This document shows positions 34,671 through 47,163 of a stretch of DNA of 56,985 bases, one piece after another. Every line of letters begins with the position of its first letter. Positions within the stretch are counted from its first letter, which is position 1. Under the pieces are notes generated by a model. It searched no databases. It saw only the letters and a program-made list of their open reading frames with translations, and was not told the DNA's origin. Both the position numbers and the translations under genes were made by a program. Origin of the DNA: Folioceros fuciformis (lineage: Eukaryota); the NCBI GenBank assembly GCA_049999805.1, contig JBNGIO010006178.1, positions 274,131-331,115 on the forward strand. The letters run 5' to 3'.

Positions 34671-35286
34671 CGTAGCACCAAATCAGAGAACCGATGATGA
34701 GAGATTGGGGGCAAACGGGCTCAGCATTCCTGCCTCTGCAACTTCTTACTGAGAATTTTGCGGACTTCCCACTACAAATGCCGTGCGCATTCATCACAGG
34801 ACGAGGTGTGCATGCAAGAACCACTGGGACTACAAAGCACCAGACTCGTTTGCCAGATAAGCTTTCCACTTGGCACACAGCAAGGTGGACACATAGTGCA
34901 ACATTACGCCAACTTGTCCTCATCCTTTTCTTCTGTCCTGTGCGGATGGGACTTCACTCGAGTTTAGTCTGACTGTCTGCCTGTCGACCAGTCTGACGGT
35001 CTGCACTGGTCGTTAACCACGACAGTTTACAGAACACACTGACATCGCTGCCCAGGACCCAAAAGGCCTGCAATGTTTGGGTGTACACTACTGTACTTAA
35101 TGCGACACTTCCATAACATTTCGTGTCAAAGGTGCACCGATCTAGTAGCGTAGTCCACTGTCGGTGGCAAGCAGCGGACGACACGTCATCTCCCTTCCTA
35201 AGGAAGGGAACCCATTTCTGTTTAATAAGCCTGTTTCAGACGTGAAAAATAGACTTGTGTCCAAAGTTTTACCGTGCGCCTAGCGA

Positions 35287-38200
35287 CTAATACAGGAGCT
35301 CTTTGAACACAGGATCCACGCTCTCTCCCCACTTCGTATGGTACAGGTCCAAAAGTCTCTGGGCCGGGCTTATTCCTGCGTACAATGAGTTTACAACCAC
35401 GTGAGAAGAAATTTCGCTCCGCTCTGCGTCTGCTCAATGTGAACAAGCGTTCGGAAGCTGTAATGATTTGTGGGACTAATACCTGTTGTGACTACATCCT
35501 CCAAATCAGCCAAAAACGACACCTCCTTGTAGCCTCTCCTTTTCAACCCCTCCTGCAGGATATGCATTACTAGGCCGTTGCCTCAGGTTATACATGGCAA
35601 ACAAGACTCGCTCCAAAGGATAACTTCGTTACCTTGGCAAGTTTGTAGACATCTTGAGCGACATGGCTTAAAAGTCCATCCCGAAACGGAGTCTTCAACC
35701 CCAGCTGCGGAACCTGGATATCACATCAGGGCTTCGTCAGCGACATAGCCATCAATCAAAACCTCCGTGCCCACTATCACAAAACTAGGACAATCTAAAA
35801 AACCCACAGGACGTTCACAATGACTCTTGTACAACCAAAGACCTACCTTCCTTCTTAGCATTGCACGCTCCTCCTGAGTCCAGTCACTTATGATATCCAG
35901 CGCCCCGGTTAGCGATTGCTCGTCATAGAGAAGTCCCACCTAACTTGTCGAAAACACGTCTTTCACGTAAGTCCCTGCCGATCACCAAGAAACCCAACAG
36001 CACGGAATATACTACCGCATTGACATACCCAGAATGCCGGCAAAGCACACAGTCTTCGCCAAGGACCACCGTCTGCTCCCCTCATTTCTAGGTAGCGTTT
36101 CAATCTGACCTGAAAGTAAAACCGGACCAGCAAGTATCAAAACCAGGAGATCTTGGCCAATCCCACAGAGTGAAAAAAGGAGATACACTGCATACCTCGG
36201 GAAAGATGGTGGTAAGATGATTCTCCCAGTCGTTGAGAGTAGGCCTTTCACCTGGTATGCTGGGGAGTTTTCCATCCAAAAAGTCCTGTGATATGAAAGA
36301 CCACAAGTGGGAGCCGGAACGGTGTGTAATGGATGTGCACCTCTCGAATGAGCAACCAAGGGTCAGGCATGAGTCCGAAAGCCAGCCACGGTCAAGTGAT
36401 GTACCTTGAACGATTGACCAGAACAATCCACATACTGTTTGCCTCGATACACAAAATACATTGGAACATCCAGCGCATAGTCAACGTACTTTTCAAATCT
36501 GCACCATAGACGAAGCTTAGGCTTGAGTTAAAAGCCTATGGCCAGCATTCACGCGGATTAACGCGGGGTTCGACTTTCATGGACTTACCCAAAATCATCG
36601 CTAAAGACGAAGGGCAGATCACCAGTCCTGTTTTTATCTACGTCCGTCCAAATTTGGCTATAAGCCCCACAAATAAAAATTAGACGATCGTGAAAACAAC
36701 TCAGAAAGACTCCTTCGCAATTGCACACATCTGAAAAGACAGCAGGCGCGATCAGATGTGTACCTCCGGTAGCTCATGTAGCCGTTTGGTTTTCCGTCAG
36801 TGAAAGGAGAGTTTGCAAATATAGCGGTAGCTATCTGTGGAAACATTGAGAGGAAGCTGGTCAGCAACGTCTTGTCCTGTATACTTGAGCTTGAGACAGC
36901 GAGAGAAACAAAACATAGTAGTGAAGAAGAAAAGCCTACAGATAGTTTACAAAGTGAACCTACAGGCTGCAATGCCAAGCTGGCTCTGAATTTTCTAATC
37001 ATATCTTGCTCGGAATCAAAGTCTAAATTGACCTGAAATCATATCAAGGGTTAAGCCAACACAGCTGTTTGCCTCGAGCAGTAAACGAACACCATATCCT
37101 GTCACATCAGCAACTGGTGGGCACCTGCACTGTGCATGTCCGGAACATCATATCCAGCCCATAAGACCCCACAGTCGGCATGTACTTACGCATTATGTTG
37201 TACCGACCCTGCAAATCAGGGCCACCTCTCAGGAAACACTATCAAATAACCACGATCTAGAGCTGTACACCATTCTTTCATCTTCAAACGACCTTCACTT
37301 TGCATCAAGTAACAAACCTCGAGAGAAAATCCAAAAAGCTGCACACCTTTGGCATGACCGGAATCTCTTCCACTTTCCACTTGGGATGGAAGCCGATGCC
37401 CATAAACCCGAGCCCCATTTCCTCAGCCACGGCTTTAACCTGCAGAACTCGTCAAGAAACTGCCCGAGTTAGATGGTGTACGTTCCTCCAGAGGAATAAA
37501 ACAGGAGCTGCAGGTCTCAGTTCAAATCTTGCTTGTTGCCAAGTGGCACAGCCAGAAGGAAGTCCAAAATCCGATAACCACGAAGCGAAGTGCCGGGATT
37601 ACAAGACGTGATTCAACCTGGTACAAGTGAGAATTCACTTCCGCGCATGTCTGGTGTACAGTCTCCAATGGAGCACCACTCAGCTCGAACTGTCCACCAG
37701 GTTCCAGCGAAATGCTTTGTCCATCCTGCACGCGCACCCCCCGAAAAGTGATCAGCGAACATGCGCAGGACCACCACGGAGCGGGAGTGCACGAGACACT
37801 TTCCAACGGCCACAGCATCTCACCAACTTAAGGCCAATGATGTTGTCGCCCTCCTTGACCCTAGTCCACTGAAAGCGCTCCACCAAGCCCTCCAATATTT
37901 GACTGATCTCGTTATACTGCATCGGCCGGAGGGTCTCCAGATTGAAGCCAAATTTCTCATGCTCTGTCCCAATCCTGCACACACCCATCCAGGTCAGCCT
38001 CACGGAACGCCAAGAGGCGACAACACGCACTCCGCCCAGACGCATTGTGCAATCCTCTCCAATGGAGCCACTCTCCCTCACCTGCCCCCTGGCCCCCACT
38101 CCACTACAATCGCAGAACCAGAGGACGACTGGAGACTCCGCACGAGCTAGAGGTCGGAAAATTCAACCTAAAACGCCCCTCAATCCGTTCTCCCCGAACA

Positions 38201-38611
38201 CGGCCGCAGTCATCAGCGGACAGGATGCCCCCTACCGCGCACAAATTTCCAGGACGTACGATTCCCCGATCCCTACCTCCACCGATCCTTGGGCTTGCAG
38301 CCGGATGCGATGTATGCGACGAGGTCGTGCTTGGTGAGGGGCTCGGCCCCAACGGCCACCTCCTCTGCGGGGGGACTGGCCGCCACAATCCGGAGCTTCC
38401 GCCTGCCCACCGAGCCCAAGTACGCCCCGCCCCGGCATCCCACTGCATTGGCCGCCGCACAAAGGCTCGAGGCCGAGGCGCCCCCAACCCGAGCGGAGGA
38501 GAGCGGCGAGGCCAGCCAGGGCCCTCGCCCCGACTGGCTCGTGCTGCTCCTCCCAGAGCAGGACGCCAGCGACGAGGAGGCAGAGGCTGCCCATAACTCC
38601 GCCACAGCCAT
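35287..38611 (-). CDS. GSH1: Plastid glutamate--cysteine ligase (gamma-glutamylcysteine synthetase), multi-exon
   Basis: Transit peptide from ATG 38611; [95 protein letters not shown], ending [14 protein letters not shown]. Confidence 0.95.
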
Positions 38612-39173
38612 GGCCAGAAGATTTGTGTCAGGCAGCAGCCCAGGCAAGGCTGACCGGGCCTGGCAGCCGCGCTCTTCTACTGCTGCTGCAAAGATCCTGC
38701 TGCTGCTCAAAAGAAAATAGAGGGACGCGGAGGAGGCAGCCGGGCGCAAAAGCAAAAATGTTAGGAAGCGGGGCCTCGGGAAGAATGGGCAGCAGGGAAT
38801 CAATGGCCCGCTGCTGATGCGGGATGACGTCGACGCAGCACCGGGTGGTAGGGCAGGCAGACACTGCTTGTTGCGTACCGATGTTCGGCACTTCAAGAAG
38901 CCGCCACCGCCCGTCGCTTACAACAACTCCGTGGGGAGAGACTGCAGACCCTGGCGACAGGGGCCTGGTGCAACACCATGGACCGAGCTCCATGACAAGT
39001 GGCTCACCACGTGCGACCTGGCGGAACGTACGTGTGGGCCTTTCTTACCGGAAGGAACTTGGGGAAGACAGCGAAGCTCTTGCCGGGATGAGTGAATCGA
39101 ACCTTCCCCCGGGGGTTCCCAGCTTTGACCTGCCGGCAGCCCGGGCCAAGGAAAGCAGAATCTACTGCTACAG

Positions 39174-39213
39174 TGACCAGACCAGACCAGATTAGACCAG
39201 ACCAGGCCAGACC
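39174..39213. repeat. (GACCA)n pentanucleotide microsatellite, ~8 imperfect units
   Basis: gaccagaccagaccagattagaccagaccaggccagacc. Confidence 0.85.
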
Positions 39214-39347
39214 GTGAACGTCTCAGGCTCTCGGTTCCCAGCAGGTCACAGGCGCGCAGTAAGAGAACGAAACGGGGCCGTGGAGGCAAATGATGGCAAT
39301 GGGGTACATGAGGGAATCGCAGGCTCTGTGATTGGAAAGCTTGCCGA

Positions 39348-41497
39348 TTACAGCATCTCGCGGATGTCGTAGCCTTCAAGCTGTGGAGCAGGATGCGAAG
39401 ATGCCGGAATCAGAAGCCCGTGGTCGGCGTGGCAGTGGCACTTGAAAGGGCAAATTGTGTGTAAGGGGAGAGACAAGGCCTGGCGCCAGGAGACTTACGC
39501 GTAGAAGAGTCAGCAGTATCACTACTCCCGAATTCCAGACTGCGTGGATGAAGATCGGAGTGAGCAGGTTGCGTGTTTGAGCGTAGGATAACCCTAGGAC
39601 CACGCCTGCCAAAAGTGGACAAGGGTGTGGATGAGCAGTGAAGGACAGCCCGGGGTTTCTTCACACAAAAGTAGACGAGACCTGGGTAAAACTCGCGGGC
39701 ACAGGTACCTAGGGCGAACAGCTGCGGAAATTCGCTCGGCGTGAGATGGGCGAGGGCGAATGCGCTTGCGCTGACTGCGATGGCCACGGGAGTTGGTACC
39801 CTACAGAAGAAGTACCGGTTGATTAGCCGGTCGGTTTGCAGTGACACAAGGGGAGGGAAGGCAGAGGAGAAACGCCCACCATTTGGTGAGGGACGTCAGG
39901 AGGAAGCCACGGAAGACGGATTCTTCTAGCAGAGGGGCCAACACTCCAGCCACAGCAATCAGAGATGCGGTGCTGCAAACAGGGAGTGTCCGGCATTAGT
40001 GAGAGTCGCAGGTTGCGCTTAAAGATAAGCCAATAGCATGTGTACCTCGCTGGAGTGGAACCGATGAGGGGAAGCAACTGCATAAGGGCATCAGCTTCCT
40101 GCACAGGGAGAAAGCGATGAGGGAAGGCTATGAGAAGAACTGAGCTGCTGGTTCACAGCATACATCCACACGAAAGAGCTTCGTATCTAGGATGGCAACG
40201 TACATCTCGAGGCGGTGGTTCTCCAGTTACCACACTGGTGGCTGCACCAGCTGCTACCACGGATGCTCCAGCCAATAGGACACCAAGTGAACCCCACAGC
40301 AGCCAACCTCGTTCCAAATCAAGAGGAGACTTGAAGTCTTCAGATTGAAAGGAAGTAAGTACCCACATTTCAGGGTTTAGGAGGTCAGACCATCGTGAAC
40401 CATCGAGAATGTTTGGCGGAACTGCAAAAATCGATTCAGCAGAAACGTGCAACACTAACCGAAGACGAACAAGGTTGGAGGAAGTGGCTTGTACGGAGAA
40501 ATGACGAGGCTAATGGCACCCAGGCCTGTAGCTGTCTGCAACCTGAATGCAACCAGTCCGGCTTCCTGCATATCAGAACATTTGCTGAAAGATAGAATGC
40601 TTGGATATTGAAATTGTCCAACATCTAAGCAAGCAGAGGCAGCACCTGAACTGCTGCGCCGCGGAGAGCAAGGTAAAGGAAGGCTCACGTACAATTGGTG
40701 TACGAATATGAAGAGCGCTTGCTCATCCATATCCATAGATTGACGCCGACCGAGTCCCAATTTCAGGGTCAGCAGCGATACTGCGAATCCTGTGAATAAA
40801 AAGCTGCCCTTGCAGGCCCACCATTTAAGCATCCTCACTCGCCCAGTGAGATTCTGTAACGAAAATTGAAAGGATCACTGAGTATACATCACTACCTCCC
40901 ACACCACGATGCCATACCAATGGCAGTGGCTTTGCCATCCCATGGGACATCCCAACGAGTCAAAAAAGTAGGCACCGCCTTCAGGGTAAAAGGATTACGC
41001 CCGTCAGCTTCATCCTGCCAACAAGAAACCTCGTGAGCTGACCAAAATCAACTACTGAAATCTCCCAAACCGAATGCCATCATATCGAGCCAGCGCTAGA
41101 CCTGCAACGACGTCGCACTCTCATCATCCTTAACGTCGTGATCCTTGCCATTGCAGGAGCATCCAAACGTCGATCGCTGCCTATACGGGATCGGACCAAA
41201 ACCTAGGACAGCATCATAGGCCTTGTTCTTCGATGAGGTGAGCCGCCTCCTGCTATTGTGAGCTGAAATAACGGACACGCCAGAACTCCTGCCCACTGCT
41301 AGATGCTTGAACCTTAACCGAATGCACACACCCCCAACTCCGGCTCCCCCTCCTAGACCTACGCTGCCTACACTGCTATTCAAAAACAAGGGTCTCCTCT
41401 GCTGAGGGTGCCGCCGTTTGAACAGGCAAGCAACCCGTGGTACAAAGCCAAGATCCCCCGCCGTAACCGGCGGAAGTTGCCAGCACAGCCCGGCCAT
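39348..41497 (-). CDS. Plastid-type CAAX amino-terminal protease/CPBP intramembrane metalloprotease (SCO4-like), multi-exon
   Basis: N-terminal transit-like exon; WDVPWD, GWLLWGSLG, LMQLLPLIGS, APLLEESVFRGFL, FALAHL..SEFPQLF, LSYAQTRNLLTPIFIHAVWNSG, ending LEGYDIREML* at 39348. Confidence 0.88.
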
Positions 41498-42274
41498 GAT
41501 AGAGACCCTGGTCCCGCGCTGATGACTTAAAGTAGAAGAAACCTATCGTGCATCCTCTACAGTCAGTTGCATGTCAATTGAAGGGAGGAGACACACAAAT
41601 GGAAAAGGAACAAGTGCAGCACGGTCACACTTTCTTCTCCCAGGTGAAGCCCTTGTAAAAAGGCTGTCCGTAGAACTGGTATGGCAGAGGTAGAGTCGGC
41701 TGGGGAGGGTTGAAGCGTGCCGATTGGGGAAACCTGCTCCATACGTCAGAGGATGCGTCGAAAAAGCGGCATCCTTCCGCAACCGAGCATCCGGCACTGG
41801 CAGCGTGACTGCCTTGATGCGTCGGGACTGGAGCTGGAGCCGCCGCAGCAGTAGCAGGCTGCGAGTCGGAAGAGGCGGCTTCAGGAAGCTTCTGTGGCTG
41901 CTGCTGCTGCTGCTGGCACTCCGGCAAACAAGAGGCGGACATGGTGGCCACAGCGATCCAGCTGCAACCGGTTTTTTGTCATCCTGATGAAAACGGCATG
42001 CTGAATGTCCGGTTAAATCTCTACCATTTTACCTTCATGGCTCCCGGGACACTAAAGAAAAACGGCTGTGAAGCGTCCGTCACCGGGTCTTGACATTCCT
42101 GGTCGGGAACGTTCCAACGGTGTCTTGTGCTGTGCTGAGAAACTCCACTGGCGTTCTCTACGCTCGGTGTGCGGCAAGGCGGGATCCGCCAGCAGCAGCT
42201 CTGAAGCTCCTGATTTTGCAGGCTGAGGATTGTCGTAGTCGGGCGCGGGGCATGCTGCGCACTGCTGTGTTGCG

Positions 42275-44696
42275 ATGGCGAGCTTGAAGCTGACCTTTGT
42301 TTGCACTTCACGCTCGTTTGGTACAGAATTGGCGGCCAGGATCGCTTGACTTGTGTCCTGTTCCTTGCTCTTTCCGTCGGAGGTCCGATTCTGAATTTGC
42401 GCTTGCTTCGTTTGGGCGCTTGGTGTGAGCAGGTCAATCCTTGAAGTCCCGCCGTGGGGATCTTGTGCGCAAACTCTTGTTGCTGAAGGTGAGGATGCAG
42501 GAATCTGCGATGCTGTGCCACACGGTTGAGGCTGCCTGGTCTAACGCTGTTTCGGTGCAGGATGTTAAGTATTTGGAAGTCGGACTCAAGACGTCGTGGA
42601 AGGATCTTCGGGTGAGCTGCAAGTTTGTGTTCTGAGATCTGCATGTCCGCCGCGTCTAAAGCGGCGGACATTGACTGTTGAAAGTTTGGGTGGAATTGTT
42701 TTATTTTTTCCTCATGCATGGTGCATGTATGTGGAGCAGGCGCTGGTTGCGGTATCCAGGGCCGTTACCCGTGCTCAGACTCGTGGCGTGACACGTTCGA
42801 CAGTTTCAGCGCTTGGGCAAGTTTACCCTGTTGTTATCGTCAATGTTGTGAATTCGTTTGCCTGTGGGGAACCAAACTTGTTTTCGTTTGGGGTGCGTGA
42901 CTTGTGATGGTTTTGTGAACAGGGATGAAGCTGTTGGCCTGTCTAGCGGTGACAGGACCGAACACTTCGATTTTGTGGTGGTAGGGAGTGGAGTGGCGGG
43001 TCTCAGGTACTCGCTTGAAGTAGCAAAATATGGGACTGTCGCGATAGTCACCAAGTCTGAGCCTCACGAGAGCAATACCAACTATGCACAGGGTGGAGTT
43101 AGTGCGGTTCTAGATCCTGCAGACTCGGTAGAGAATCATATCAGGGATACTATGGTTGCGGGGGCATTTCTATGCGATGAGGAAACAGTGGAAGTCGTTT
43201 GCAGGGAGGGGCCGGAGCGTGTGAAAGAGTTGATGGAAATGGGAGCTTTGTTTGACCAGAGTGAAGATGGGCAGCTGCACCTTGCAAGAGAAGGTGGTCA
43301 TTCTCATCACCGGATAGTGCACTCGGCGGACATGACAGGCAGAGAGATTGAGAGGGCCCTCTTGACAGCTGTGAGATCGAATGCCAATATCAGGATGTTT
43401 GAGCATCATTTTGTCCTGGATTTGCTCACACGTCAGGATGGGGTAAATGTGACCTGTTGTGGCTTGGATGCCTTGGACACTAAGTCTCAGGAGGTGGTAA
43501 GGTTCATGGCTGGAGTTACTATGTTGGCTTCTGGAGGTGCTGGCCACATCTATCCTACTACCACGAATCCTCTGGTTGCAACCGGGGATGGTGTTGCTTT
43601 GGCTCATCGTGCACATGCTGTTGTTTCCAATATGGAGTTTGTACAATTCCATCCCACTGCCTTGGCTGACGAGGGTTTGCCCATCAAATCGTCTAGAGAA
43701 AATTCCTTTCTTATCACTGAAGCTGTGAGGGGTGCTGGAGGCATCCTCTATAACCAGGCAATGGAAAGGTTCATGCTTCTGTATGATCCCCGTGCTGAAC
43801 TTGCCCCTAGAGATGTGGTTGCCCGCAGCATTGACGACCAGTTGAAGAAGCGAGGAGAAAAGTTTGTTTACTTGGACATCAGTCATAAATCGAAGGAGGA
43901 GATCTACTCTCATTTTCCCAACATTGCTGCGGAGTGTCTGAAATGTGGCCTTGACATAACGCGGCATCCGATTCCTGTGGTGCCTGCTGCACACTACATG
44001 TGTGGCGGTGTTCAGACAGATTTATATGGGGAGACATCTATCGCAGGACTGTATGCAGCAGGCGAGGTCACATGCACTGGTCTGCACGGTGCAAATCGAC
44101 TTGCCAGCAACTCCTTGCTTGAAGCACTTGTGTTTGCTCAGAGAGCAGTGGGGCCATCGATAGCGTATGTGCAACAAAGACGGGATTCACCCAGGGACAC
44201 AGAATGTGACAGTGCAACAAATGAGTGGCGTCGCCCAGTTGTTGCAACATCCTCAGGTCACCCCACCTTTGAGGAAGTAGTCAAGTTCACTTTCGAAAAA
44301 AGAAAGGAGCTGCAGCAGATTATGTGGAGCTATGTGGGCATTGTTCGTTCCACCGAACGGCTAAAAATCGCTCAAACCAAGTTGATTGAGCTGGAGCTTG
44401 ATTGGGAGGCCTACCTTTGCCAAATGTGCTGGAACGCAAGTATGGTGTGCGTGGAGGTTTGTGAGATGAGGAACTTGATCTCTGTGTCCCATCTTGTTGT
44501 TAGTAGCGCCCTTGCCAGGCAAGAAAGTCGGGGTTTGCACTACACTGTAGACTTCCCGGACCTTGTGGAGAGTGAGCGGTTGCCAACCGTTCTGTTCCCC
44601 AGTTCTCCTGTTCTTTCAACGTGGAGTTCCCTACCGCTTCAGAGGTCGGCAGAGGTGAAGCTGTGCCATGTTCCTGTAAGCAATGACTCGCAGTAA
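42275..44696 (+). CDS. AO: L-aspartate oxidase (NadB), plastid, first step of de novo NAD synthesis
   Basis: FAD motif VVVGSGVAG, SNTNYAQGG, EGGHSHHRIVH, EFVQFHPT, AHYMCGG, GLHGANRLASNSLLE and ESRGLH. Proposed exons 42275-42320, 42433-42488, 42740-42816 and 42923-44696 are phase-consistent and give a Ser/Arg/Ala-rich transit peptide; the 5' model is less certain than the catalytic exon. Confidence 0.93.
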
Positions 44697-45953
44697 CAGT
44701 GCTGGCATAGCTGCTCGTGGGAAGCAGTGTTGGAAGAGGCAAGGGGGACGTACTTGAGTGCTTTGTATTTTCTGAAGACCTCTCTTCTTGTCAGATAAGG
44801 GAGTTAAAAGGCTTTGGTGCAGCCTTGATCATTTCATAGGAATTTTGTATGGAGACTACTTTGGAACAGAGTGTCCAGGAGTGAAACGCAGCTTTCATGG
44901 CGCTGTACATTGAGGTGTTCAACTCTGCTTGCAGTCCACTACATACTTGACAGGTCTTGTATCGTTGGTTCACTGCCATGATAAGCTATGTGTTTCTTGT
45001 CCCCAGATTCTGAAGCACAAACCAAGATCAAGGGACAGCTTTTCGGGAGGAACCCTGGCATTTCGGGCACGTAGTTAGAATCATCCAGCTGATTGACGTG
45101 GTCTCTCGTGCTATGATTTGAGAACCACTTTCTCAGCTCTTTTCATGATGTAAGATCTCCCAAGCCTTCCCTCCCTCACTGTTCCTGGAATAACTGGCAC
45201 GGAAATCCCAGTTGAGTTCTCTTTATGGACAACCATCTTGACTTGACTGACAGAGGCGTGAGACACTGAAGTGTGAAGCAAAGCAGATGTTCGCAACTGA
45301 AGGATTGTGTTCACTGTGCTTGTTCAAACCGGAAGATTGCTGAGGGAGGCTGAGGAAGCAGATCTGTGGCTGCCATTATTGGTTTTATTGTTGTGCCGGT
45401 ACAAACGTTTTCACCACCATGCCTTGACAAGGCTCACTTCATTGTCTATTTAATTGGTCAGAGTTCCACAATCGTGTAGCGAAACGACGGTGCACACGTT
45501 ATTGCAAACTCCGCTGGCCTACTAGATCGCTGTGGGACCGGGCTCTTACAATTTCGTGTCAATGTCGACTGGGAAGCATACTTTGGCCTGGGGAAAGGTT
45601 TGTATTTGTATTCTGAAAATAAGCAAGAAAGGCAGTTGTTACGTGGACGCGCCCAACTGGTGGTCTTGCCGATGTTAGCGAGTCTTGTACGCGGCAGCAG
45701 CTTGCACACGGACCACAGGCTCAACTGAGACTGGGGGCCTGCACATGCACACATACCTATGTACACACAGAGTACAGACAGTAGAGTATGTCACGTTTGT
45801 GCGCAGTAGGCAACTGGTGTTGATGGAACGGGCATCCACGGTCAGTTGCAGTTGCCCCTTGGAGTGCAAGATGCCCTGTTTGATTCCATTGCGTGCGCAA
45901 TGAGGGGAGCAGTATCCAATGTCTGGCGTCTGCCAGTAGGAAAGCAGGCAGCA

Positions 45954-47163
45954 TCACAATCTGGCCCTCAGCTGCAGATGAACGTGAGTTCCTTGATACT
46001 TGGACGACAGCTTCACATAGGTCATGGTGACTTCAGAGTAGACGTTCCCCGCAGGACCATCTCGGAGCGCAGCCTTCAAGATTGCCTGCGCAAGCACCGC
46101 ACCTCAGTGCATCAGTAGCTTTGGGACACGTCTGAGTCTTGGTGCAATCTTCGTGCAAAGCATAGGGTGCAGGCTGCGTGCGTTTCTTACCTTTCGGCCC
46201 TCCACTTTTTCTACCACTGCTGTGATGACAGCTTTAGCTTTTCCTGCTGGGAAAGGCTGTACCAGTCGACAAGCAAAGTTTACTTTACTTGACATTGCCA
46301 TGATCGGGAGGTGGTCGGAATGTAGGAGCGGGGACCAAACCAAACAATACCTTACAGAATTTGATGTCAGTTTGCACTGTCACGCAGCCGCCAGGCAGCA
46401 CCAGAAATGCTGCGCAGATTGGAGGAAGGGGAGCTCAGGATGAAGCCAGACTCCCTCCCTCCCGGATCCAGAACCATCACGGCAAATTCACGTCATTTTC
46501 AGCAGAAAAAAGACAGACAGACTACTAGTAGTAGGCTCTCACCCAGCTGGCCGCAGGTTTCGTCAAAAGCCATGAACTGAGCGCCTCCATGGAGAACGCC
46601 AGGGATTGACACGAGCTCACTGTAACGAATGCCACGCCGCAAATGAGGCTGGGCGCAATTGTGCGGGGCGACCAGCAGAACGGTCGCTTGTCGAGATGAG
46701 ACTGTTACCTTCCAAAGTCAAAAACTCCGAAGACGGACCGACTGTCGGATGCAATGTAGTATTGGATTCGTTTCACCAAGTTGGCCTGATGCAAAGCTTT
46801 CGCCTGCCACCCATTTTCCGCAAATTGGATGAATTGCAGGTCACCGAATGTACGAACATGCACAATTGAGGTCAACACTTGGCTGGATGCAGGTACCATA
46901 TGCACGTGGTCGCCATCTTCTGCCCTCCATCTCACTTCCATTCCCGTGTCCCTTTTGATCTTGTTTGCCAAGAAATGCTGCCAGCCTTCCACTTCCTCAA
47001 GATCTGGCCTGCTGGCCAGTTCTTGCTCCCAGTCATTGAATTGCTGTGACCTCTCGTGGGCCTTCCCCGCGCCCAGCTCCAGAGCAACCCGTTGAGGTGC
47101 AGAATCCGCACGCCCGGGGTTGGATTCTGACATCAAACTGAACTCTTGAGCTCGTCGATCCAT
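45954..47163 (-). CDS. Hotdog-fold acyl-CoA thioesterase (PaaI/THEM4-like) with C-terminal PTS1 (ARL*), multi-exon
   Basis: Exon ~46620-46543 encodes PGVLHGGAQFMAFDETCG; later exons give AVITAVVEKVEGRK|AILKAALRDG...HLQLRARL* (TGA 45956-45954). Start at ATG 47163 or 47133. Confidence 0.78.

Noticed and set aside
42021-43994. Long antisense ORFs (232 aa and 274 aa)
   Set aside because: Shadow frames opposite the L-aspartate oxidase gene with no domain features.
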